64,000 bases of DNA from Kiritimatiellia bacterium (lineage in GTDB: Bacteria > Verrucomicrobiota > Kiritimatiellia > RFP12 > UBA1067), in NCBI GenBank assembly GCA_050949565.1, contig JBMNFY010000007.1, positions 128,001-192,000 on the forward strand, in the 5' to 3' direction. The notes beneath the pieces were generated by a model, which made no database searches, had not been told where the DNA came from, and saw nothing but the letters and a program-made list of their open reading frames with translations. This document shows, in pieces, positions 1 through 10,300 of this stretch. Both the position numbers and the translations under genes were made by a program. Position 1 is the stretch's first letter. Every line of letters begins with the position of its first letter.

Positions 1-1372
1 CGTTCGCATCGGCGGCATACGTCAACGTGTATGACAGATCGCCCTGCGGGACGATGTCGAACAGGTGCAGTTCGTCGAGCCGCTGGTTGCCGGTTTTCAA
101 GTAGCGGGTGGAGGTCCAGACGTTGTTGCTGTTGACCACCGTGCCGTCGGGGCGCAAGACCTGAGCGATACGGCGTTTGTTCTGGCCGGGGTCGGCCACG
201 CGCAGATAGACCGGGCCTTCTGTCAACGTCGTGCCGGTGAGGGTGAAGGTCGATGCGTTGACCGGAGTGATCGCGCACTCTTGCGCCAGATTGACCGGCA
301 GAACCGTGCCCTCGCTTTCATAGAGGGCGTCCGGCAGTTGGTCGGGGTCGCGGTCGGTGTCGGCCAGGAAATCGCGCACGTTGTCGCGGCCGACAGTGTC
401 GTTCAGCACCTCATGCACAATGAAATGGGCGTTCATTGAGCGGATCAGCGAAGTCTCCTCGCCGCCGAATTCGGGGGCATGGGTGTAGGTGGCCTTGAAC
501 TCGGTAAAGGTTCCTGAGAGCGAGGTGATCATGTCCCACGCGGCGACACGCGCCTGACCCGGCTCGATGTCGCCGATATTGACCGTGAGCGAGGATCGGT
601 CGAGCGGCGCGTCCATGACGCGGCAACCGATGAGTTGCGCGATCAGCAGTAGCAGTTGCTTGTTCTCGACGATTCTCGGTTGTTCAGAGCGGATCACGAC
701 ATTGCGTGCATTGCCGTAGCCGACGTTCTTGACGAGCACGCCCAGCGTGAAAGGAACCGGTGCCTCGACCCGTTCGGTGAAGGGGTCGTCGCCTTGTACG
801 TCGCGCGGCTGGAAGTAAGTGATCTCCAGTTCGGGCTCGGGTTTGACGGTGATCATGTCGGGGATGGCGAACATGACGTTTTCTGGGATTACCTCTCCAC
901 GCATGCTTCCCGCGAGGTCGCAGTGCACGTAGTAGCGCACGCCGCTGGGGGATGAGCCGCCGGCACCGGGTTTGGGCACGATGAACCACTTGACCGTGGC
1001 CTTTGCGCCCGGTGCGATGTTGCCTTCGCCGTCGATGCCGTTGATATTGATGAGTTCGGGTTGGCGAACCCAAAACAGGGAGGTAGCATCATCTTGGACG
1101 CCGCCACTCTGCGGTTGCGTGAAACGCAGCCCCGCCGTGAAGCCGGTGATGGGATCCACCGCATCGTTGTTGGTTACCTCCAGCGTGGCCAGAAAACCGA
1201 TCCGCTCCAGCGTCAGCTCTTGCAGGATCTCGATCTTTGCAAACGCGCAGAACCCTTGGTACTGCTGCTGGGCGCGTGCAGCGAGGGTCAACGTAACAGC
1301 TACCCCGACCGCACACGCCAACGACGCGGCGGGGCGGCTCAGGGCATTGATGGTCGCGAAAAGGCGCTTCAT
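1..1372 (-). CDS. Secreted beta-rich/Ig-like large protein, partial (runs off window start); translationally coupled to the upstream giant Hint protein
   Basis: Not in the ORF track because it has no stop in the window. ATG at 1372-1370 overlaps the TGA of the upstream gene (ATGA). Manual translation gives MKRLFATINALSRPAASLACAVGVAVTLTLAARA|QQQYQGFCAFAKIEILQELTLERIGF...; frame appears open to position 1; signal-peptide-like N-terminus. Confidence 0.85.
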   Translation of the reverse strand, partial: MKRLFATINALSRPAASLACAVGVAVTLTLAARAQQQYQGFCAFAKIEILQELTLERIGFLATLEVTNNDAVDPITGFTAGLRFTQPQSGGVQDDATSLFWVRQPELININGIDGEGNIAPGAKATVKWFIVPKPGAGGSSPSGVRYYVHCDLAGSMRGEVIPENVMFAIPDMITVKPEPELEITYFQPRDVQGDDPFTERVEAPVPFTLGVLVKNVGYGNARNVVIRSEQPRIVENKQLLLLIAQLIGCRVMDAPLDRSSLTVNIGDIEPGQARVAAWDMITSLSGTFTEFKATYTHAPEFGGEETSLIRSMNAHFIVHEVLNDTVGRDNVRDFLADTDRDPDQLPDALYESEGTVLPVNLAQECAITPVNASTFTLTGTTLTEGPVYLRVADPGQNKRRIAQVLRPDGTVVNSNNVWTSTRYLKTGNQRLDELHLFDIVPQGDLSYTLTYAADAN

Positions 1373-4300
1373 TGGGCACCTCCCTTCGTCCGGCTCGGTG
1401 TTCCATGCGTGGGCGTCATGCGAGGGAACTGCATGCCGCACAGGTGCCGGACCAGCACGCCGTGCGCGTAGTACGCGATATCCTCACGCAACTCAAAGGT
1501 GTAAACGGTGGTGGACTGCTGCACGGGGGACGATGCCGTCACCGTGGCGGTCGCATCATTCGTGCAGACGACACGGTCGCCGACGCGGATATCTTTGGCG
1601 AGCGTCCAGCCGTGCGCGTCTGTCCAGATGCGGTGTTCCGCCGTGGTGCGCAGCGTGGTGCCGTTGTCCAGCGTGATCTGGTGGATTGGCACCTCCGGCC
1701 GTTTGTAGGTCTCGGTGACGCGTGCCACATCCTCCTTGCGCGGCCCGGTGCGCACAACATCGCCGGGCTTGACCGCCTCGATGGCGCGCGACGTTCCATC
1801 GGCCATCAGCACGGGGGTTCCGGCCGCGAAACAGCCGCCGCCAGCACCGTTGTAGCCTCCGGTGTTACCGCCGCCTCCGCCGCCGCCTCCGCCACCTCCT
1901 CCGCCGCTTTGTGCGCCGCTTGACGTGACACCCGTCATTAACTCGGCCATACAGAGGATAGTCTGATACATCGTCGCCATGTCGCTGATACCGATCGGCA
2001 TCTGGTCGCTGTCGGCTATTTCCCACATGATGGTGAGCGCGGCTTGCGCCTGCATCAACGTGGTGCCGGACATCGAACCGTACCTGCCGTTTAGGTAGGA
2101 CATCAGGTTCTGGACCGCCTCCATGAAATCATCGGTACAGGGGTTGTACTGCGGCGGGTCGCTCAGCGGCCCGACGCCGCGTCCCATGCTGGCCGTGCCG
2201 CGCGGTGCGGACAGCGGTCCGAACACCGGCTCAGGTTCTGGCAAGGCCAGCGGCCCAGGCGCGGGCGCAGGAGCGGGAGCGGGGGGCGCGCCCTGTTCGC
2301 CCCAATAACTCACCGTGTAGGGAATCTCGATCTGCTCCATCGGTGCCAAGACCGGCAGGTAGGTGATCGCAGGCGTTATCGACGCCGTTGCGGTCTGCGT
2401 GCCTTTCACGGTGAAATCTGTCAGCTTGATCAGGCCGTGGTTTTTGGCGGTCGCCGTGAAGGTGTACTCGAAGGGTCCCGACATCTTGCCGAGATTGCGG
2501 TACACGGGATCAACGACCAGCACGGGCGCCGGCACATACGTGGAGAAGGTCTGTTCAATCTTGATCTCGTAGCGGTCGGTGAACGGCACCGGCACGACCG
2601 TGAAGGTCACCGTCACCAATTCGCGCGTCAGGACCGGCTCGACCGACGTGTCGAGGTCAGCTTCAACTTGCAAAGTGCCAGCCTGTGTGGCGTGCCCGGA
2701 TGCGGAGACCTGCCAGTGCCACCGGCCTTCCATGAGGCCGCTGATGAGCACGTCACCGTTGGCGTCGCTCTTGAACCCGGTGCGTTCGGTTCCGTCCAGC
2801 GCGCTGCGCACGCGGACCGACGCATCCGGCACCACTTGGCCGAGGTTGTTGGCGATGTGGAAGGAGAGGCCGCCGCGGCGTTCCGATGTAACCTTGGCGT
2901 ACAGGTTCAGCGCCTTGGTCGTGACCGAATTGGTTCCGGTGATGGCGAGCGCATCGCTGTAGTACTTCATCTCCACATCTTCGCCCGGCGCGTAAAGCAC
3001 CTGGAAGGTGAAGCTTTGGCCCGGTGCCAGATCGGGCAGCGCGAAGGTGCCGTCCGGCTGCGGGGTCAGCGCGACATGCATCCACGGGATTGTGGGCGCG
3101 GTCATCTTGACGCCGAGTAGCGGCTTGAAGCCGTCATTCCGCAGCTCCACGTCTGTCGAACGGGTCTTGCCGCGATCCAGGCTCATGTCCACATACCCGT
3201 TGGCGGGCGAGGCCACGGTGATAAGCGGCAGCGGCGCCGTCACCGACACGCGCGCGTCGAACGGAATCCGCAGCCCTTCCGGCGTGACCAGCTCGTAGCG
3301 GCAGTTGAAGGCGGGCAGTGCGTCTTCGGTCGCGAAGAGCTTCAGCGTGACTGGCGTCAACTGCTTGGGCGGCAGTCCGAGCCCTTCGACGTTTTCGACG
3401 GCACCGCTTACCACGTTCATGGGCAGCATGTTGGTGACGCCTTCCGTGATCTGCCAGGCGGTGAATGCGGCGGTCAGGTTCGTGAACGTGAAGCTGCCCG
3501 GATTGTACGCATTCAGGCGCAGAGTCAACACGTCATTGGCGGCCATCCGCACGTTGCCCTCGGGCGGTCGGAAGTAAGCCTGATAGATGGCGGTCTGGCC
3601 ATGGTTCAGGCGGTCGCGCACGTCGGGATGTGCGGCCCAGATCTGGCAGAGGCCCGAGATACCGTGGACAATCGGCCATTCAGCGCGGAAGCAGCCGTTC
3701 GAATCGCTGACAGTATCCACATGCCATGCGAAGCCGTCGAGCCCGATGCCGGCGCTCACAAGGGCGTTCGTCATCGGCAGGCCGGTGACGCGCTCAAAGG
3801 CGTAGCCCGTGATCACCAGCGTCTCGCCCGCGCGGTATGCCGACTGCTCGGGCAGGCCGAAGGCCGTGTAGGGCGTCAGCCGCGGCGTGATCGCCAAGCG
3901 CGCCTGCAACGGCCCCGACAGCTCTTCACCCGCCGTGCCGCATGCCGTGTAGACGAATGCCGCCGCGACTTCGATCGACGCCCGGGCCTGCTCGCCCAGC
4001 GCCTCGGGCACGATGATTTCAGGCAGTATCATCAAGGTCGAGCTGTTGGCGGGAATCCGCACAAACCCGCGCTGGCCGTCCGGCGTGGCGATCAGCGATG
4101 ACTTGGGCATCATGACATCGATCCGGTTGACCTCTGTTTCGTTGGCGTCCAGCACGCGGATCGCGACGTCGCCCGGCTGGCCGTTGCGCCACATGACGAT
4201 GTCAATCGGTACCTGGCTGCGGTTGTAGAAGCGTGCCTGCGGCGCACATGCCGCGCCGGCGACAGGCTGTTGCTCAACCGTGATTTCAAGTTGCGCTTGC

Positions 4301-7300
4301 GCCAGGCTCGGTGTGCCGCCGTCAAAGGCTACTTCATAACGCACGGACGCGCTCGCGTCATCCAACGCTTGCAGCAACACGCCGGAGTAGGTTTGCAGGC
4401 CGGCTTCGGTCGCGCACGGATATGTAACGGCCAGTTGCACGGTTCCACCGGGCATCGCCGATTGTGCGCTTGTCACGGTGCGCGTCAGGCTGGCGCCACC
4501 CGCGATCGCACGGGTGAGTTCCAGCCGCGCCACATCGAGCGTGGCACCGCCGGTCAGGTTGCTGACGGTGACCACGCACTGGTCGAAGTAGCGCAGGAGC
4601 GCATGACCGCCGGCCTCGGGATTGACCGCCAGCGCGAAACCGGTGTGGTAGACCGGAAGCTGACGCGCCGCACTCTCAGCACCTTCACTGTTGACGCCGC
4701 GCACTTCGTAGCGCGTCACGGCGTTGCCGGAAAGCCCGTAGTCGGTGTAGCTCGTGCCGGTCAGCGGCGTAGCGTTCAGCTTGACGCCGTTGCGGTAGAG
4801 GTTGATGCCGACATGCTCGGCGCGCGTCTGCCAGGTAATCCGCGGAATGCGGTCGAGGCCGACGATCACGTCGGTGCGCACCACGCCGGGCAGCGTCAGG
4901 TCGATCGATGCCTCGTTGGAGAGCGCTTCATTGCGGTTGATGTCCGCTGCGGCGACGCGGTAGATCCAGGTTCCCTTGGGCGGGTTGTCGAGGATGTAAC
5001 GCGTGCTGGCGGAGAGCCGGTCGCGCAGCAGGGTACCGTTGCGATAGACGCGGAAGTGGGCCGGTTGCTCACCGGATGTGGCATACTCCCACTCGACGCG
5101 CACACCGGAACTGGAGAGCGCGGCGGTGAGATTCTGCGGTGCCGGCGGCGGTGTACGGTCGGAGATACCCAGCGCGATGGGGCTGGGATCGGCCATGGCA
5201 CCGCGCCGCACCGAGCACACCACGTAGCGGAAGAAGCCGTCTTCCGGCGGCAGGTCTTCGTAGGTGGCGGCCGTGATGCCTGCGGCAAGCAGCGTGTCCG
5301 GCATCGTGCCGGTCATGCCCGCCTGCCGGTAGAGCGCATAGCTCTCGGCGGTGGGCACTGCAAGCCACGCCAGCTTGATGACGCCGTCCTTCTGGTCGGT
5401 CGAAGCGCGCAGGTCGGTAACTGACGGCGGCGGTTCTGGTGTGGCTGTGTTGTAAAGTTCAGCCTGGGCCGCGCCGCCGAGTTGCGTACCGGCGTTGCCG
5501 AGGATGTCGCTGACGGCGAGCGTGAAGGTGGCGATGCCGCTGCCCATGGAGGGCAACAGTTCGAGCGTCCCGCTCCAGTTCGTGCCGCCGCCTGTCAGCG
5601 TGACCGGCAGAGTCGCGCCCTCGGGCGGGGTGAAGCGCAGCAGCGGGGTGTCGGCCGGTGTCTCGTCCAGCATCAGCGAGATCTGCATCATGACAGGATT
5701 GGTGACCTGGATCAGCCCGGCGGGCACGGTGTTGAGCAGCCCGGCCGGTGCGCGGGTGTCGAGAATCACGACCGGCCCGGCGGGCGTCACGCCCGTCGCA
5801 CGGTTGCCGGCGAAGTCCGTGCCCGACACCTTGATCGCGAGCGGCCCCGAACCCGCTACGCTCTGTACGTTGTATACGCAGGTGTAGCGGTTGGGCGCGG
5901 TGTTGCTGACGGTCAGCATGGTGGGGCCGCTGGCCGCAGGCGGCTGCACCGTGACGATGGGCAGCCCCGACAGCGGTTCCGACGACTCGATTTCGATCTG
6001 CAGCGGACCTGTGCCGCACGGGCTCGGCTTGTTGAAGGCGTTGGTGAAGACGGGCGGCGTGCCGTCAAAGTCGTTGGTGATCACGTTCGAGATCAGCGAC
6101 ACATTATGCGCAGCGTCGCGCCCGATCACAGCGAAGTACCAGCGTCCGTCGGACGGCGGCGTGTGAACCAGCGGATTGGCGGTGGTCCAAGCGCCCTGCC
6201 ATGTCGCGCCGCTGGCAGCGGTGAACGGCGCTGCCGCCCGCAACAGGGCTACGCTGATCGGCTGCTCGCCCTCCGGCGCGAAGAACCAGTCAAACTGCAA
6301 CCCCGTGCCCGGCTTGTAGCTGGGTGCATCCAGCGTCACGGGTTCGGGAGCACCGGAGTCGCGTGTGACGCGGCGCTCGTTGGAACGACCGGAACCGAAG
6401 TCGTCGGTGATCCAGGCGGCGATGATGTTTTCACCCTCGGCCAGCGGGACGGTCGCGGAGAACGCGCCGTTCTGTGCGGCGGGAACCTGCTGCACGACTG
6501 CACCGTTGCGGCGCAGCGCCACGGTTGCGAACGGCTCCGCCGTGCCGCTGGCGATGACCGTGGCTTCGGTGGTCAGCAAGCCGTCTTGCGGCGCGGTCAG
6601 CACCGGATTCGGCGGCGGCTGGATATTGGCCGTCACGTTGAACGCGCGTGTGCCCAGGTTACCGCGGGTGTCGAGCGCTTCAAGCCGCACACGGTGCGTG
6701 CCGGGGGTGAGCGTCCGCACGTCCCAACGTGCGTTGAGGCTGGCGGCGTTGGTTTCGGCGACGACCGTTTCATCGACCAGTGCGCGCAGAGAGACAACGC
6801 CCAGTCCAGACGATGCGCTCGCAGTCAGGCGGAAGGGCCGCGTCAGAACTGCGCCTTCCGCGATGTTGCAGGCGGTGATTTGCGGACCGCCGGTGATGTA
6901 GGTGATCGGCAGTGCAACGGTGTCGCTGATCTGTCCCGCCGCGTTGCGGAAGCGGATGTAAAGGGTCTTGAGCCCGCCGCCTGCGGAGAGCGCCACGTTC
7001 TTGGGCGTGGTGAACGGATCGAAGAAACTGCCTGTAAAGGAGGAGTCTTCGCTGATCTGTACCGCTTCTGCTACGCGCGCGGCCAGTGCCAGTGTGATGT
7101 TCGCCACACCGACGGTGCGGTTGCCGTCATGCGCGTCGGCAGCCGGCGTCAGCACCGGTTCGTCGGTCAGCATCGGCTCGCACGCGACGGTGCCCACATG
7201 GTTGGACCGCACAGTGGCCAAATCGGCCGCGCCCCACCAGACGTTGGTGGCGGTCATTTGCGAGCCTGCAACCGCCAACGCGTTGGTCTGGTTGTTGCGT

Positions 7301-10300
7301 ACGATCGAGCGCGAGACTTCCAGCGTGGCATCGGCTTCAGCGAGTAGAGCCACTGCGTTGTAGAGCAGCAGTGCGTCGGATGTGCGCAGCGTGGCTCCCG
7401 CGCGGGCGCGCAACGCCGCCGGTGCGTTGTACTGTGCCGAGCAGGCGTCGATGGTCGGGGCGCAGCCTTCAACCGTCAAGCCGCTGCCGTATTCGATCCA
7501 GACGTGCCGCAGCAGTGACGCGCCGGCGCCCGCGCCGAGCGTGATGCCGGACCAGTCGCCGGCCTGGAGCACGCGGCCATCAGGATTGGCCGCCGTGAAG
7601 CGGATGGGTGCGAGCGCCGTGCCGTTGGCGACCAATGCACCGTTCTCGACCACGATGCCCGCCCCTTGGCGGAACGACAGCGTGGTGCCCGCCGGGATAG
7701 TCAGGGTGGCGCCGTTGCGTACTGTCAACGTGCCCAAGATCTCAGTGGTGCTGCCGGGTGTGCCCAGCGTGAGGTTCTGCGTGATCTCGCCCTGATACGG
7801 ATCGCGCCAGGCGCGTGCGGTGACCTCCGGAACAAATTCGCCGCGCGTGTTGTAGCCGACGACAGCGAACCAGTGCGTTACCGATCGATCCAACCCGCTC
7901 GCCGTATAGGTGCGGGTGACTTTGCTCAGCGTCGTAATCGGGGTCATCCCGGCGACACTGTCAAAGGGCGCGGTGGCACTGTAGACACGGAAGCCCGCGA
8001 AGCCGAAGGAGTTGCCGGCATAACCATTCCAATTCAGCAATGCGGTGTCGGCACCCGGCGCGGTGACGGTCAGCGTCACGGGAGGCGGCACGGCACTCGG
8101 CAGACGGATGATGATGGGGGCGACGATCGTCTCGGTGTTGCCTGCGCGATCAGTCGGCACTACCGCCACCCAATAGTTGGTGTCGAGCGCCATGGAGGAA
8201 ACCGTGTAGGTGCGCGCGCTCTTACCGATGAAGGTGCGCGGGGAGACGTCGGCCAGATTGGTGAATGCGGCCGTGCTGACGTAAATGCGGAAACCGTTCA
8301 GATCTTCCGGCGCGGCGTAGTCCTGCCAGCCCACGGTGCAGGAGGTTTCATTCGAGGCCGTCACACGCAGCGTTGGGAGTGCGGGCGGCGTGGCGTCGAC
8401 TGTGAAGATCCAAGCGTTGGTCGGCATCATGATCGATCCGAACGGATCGCGTGCTGCTGCGGCCACCAACGCGTAGGTGCCGTCCTCGCCGCGCGCGAAC
8501 GAGGCGGGCGGGCAACGGTAACTGTCGGTCGTCGTGTTGATGCGTTGCCAGACTCCGCCTGCCAGCGGCAGGGTGCGGATGACCGTGCCGTTGAAGTTGG
8601 AGAAGGTGACCGTCGGCACAACCGTCGGGTCCATCGTGCGGTCAAAGACCAGCGTGGCCACGAGATTCGTGGTGATGGGCACCGGTGTGTCCAGCGTGCG
8701 CCGCACGTCGATGACGCGCGGGTTCAGCGCATACGTGGCATATTCGGCGCGCACGGTTGCGCTCACGGGATCGGCGCGGGTCAGCGTCCAGTTCCAGACG
8801 TTGGTGGCGGCGGCATAACTGCCGTCGCGCGTGTAGCGCTGGAACAGGTAGCGGTTCTCGCCCGAGACGATCATGTGGGGCGCTACAAACTGCGCGGTCT
8901 CGCCGTTCTTCCAAGAACCGGCACCGCTGACGGCGGCGAGCCCCGGCGGAACGGTTTCGGTCGTGATGGCGTGATTGCTGTTGACCTCGGAGAAAATCGC
9001 TACCAGTGCACGATTGTCGGTAACCGCGAACGCATAGCTGGGCGAGGTGGAAACGACCGCATAGGTGGACTGGTCACGCCACTCCACAAAAGCGCACAGC
9101 CGGCCGCGGGCGTTGCGGTCAAGGTGTTGGTGATGCCGTAATTCCACCAACCGCCGCCGCTGACGCTACCGAAGCCCACCGGCGAGACGCTGGCGGAGAC
9201 CGTGAAGCGTTTCAGGTCAAAGACAGCGGTCAGCGTGCCGGTGTTTTGAGCCGTGAAGGTATAGGGGTTGGCATAGCTGACGGTCGAGCCGTTGAACAGC
9301 CAGCGACCGAACACATAGCGCTCGGTATCTGTCACCGTGGCGGTTGCCGTGAACGACGCGCCGCGGCGCAGCGTCGCGCCGTCGGACACGGTGCCGACGC
9401 CAGTCGTGGGCGAGGCGGCGGTGGTGATCGTGACATACACCACCTCGGCGACCGTGACCTGCGCGGTGGCCCACTCGGACCAGAGTCCTTCGGAGTCTTG
9501 CACGCGCAACCCGATGGTCTTGACGCCGGGCGTGTCGAAGGTCCACTGCGCGTCGGGCGTGGTGGAACTGACATCCGCGATCGTGTCGCCGTTGAAGTCC
9601 CATGCGTACACCGCGATGGTCTGTCCCGGATCGGGATCGGAGGAGGCAGCGCCCGAGAAGCTGATCGGTGCGTCCTCTTCACCGGCGTAAGGACCGCCGG
9701 GCACGGCCGCCGGCTGCCGGTTCGCCACGATCACCACGCTTGCCTCCGCCCATTCCGAAGTCAGGCTCACGCCGTTGTTGAAGAGCCCGTCGTCGAGTAC
9801 ACGCAGGCGGATGGTGTAGGTTCCGGGAGTGTCCCACGACCATGTGGCCGTGGGGGAGGCCGTGCTGACGTCCGGGGTGCCATCCAGCGTGAAGTCCCAC
9901 TGGTAGAGGGTGATGCCGGCGTGCATGTCGGGCTGGTTGTCGAGATCGTAGGAGCCGCTGCCGTCAACCGTCACGGCAAGATTCGTCAGTCCCAGATACG
10001 GCCCGCCCGGCACGGCGAATGGCGCGAACGGGGAGTCGCCGAACTGGATGACGACCGAGGCCGTGGCCTGTTTGGGTGTCGGAGCGTCGTCCGTGACACG
10101 CAAGGTGACCGTGATGTTGGTAGCCGGGTCAGAGACACCGGATGTGGGATCGGGCAGGGTGAAGACCGCATTCGTGTCTGCCGGATCGGATGTGACCAAG
10201 TCGTAGGTGCCGTCGCCGTCGAAGTCCCATTCATAGCGCACGATGTTACGCGACGGGTCGGCGTGGTGCGAGAGATCGGCGCTGAGGGTCAGCGGCAGCC

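Noticed and set aside
1369-1833. Polymorphic toxin (Hint-toxin) with downstream immunity gene
   Set aside because: Only ~22 aa follow the Hint domain, and the downstream gene is a large secreted protein, not a small immunity protein
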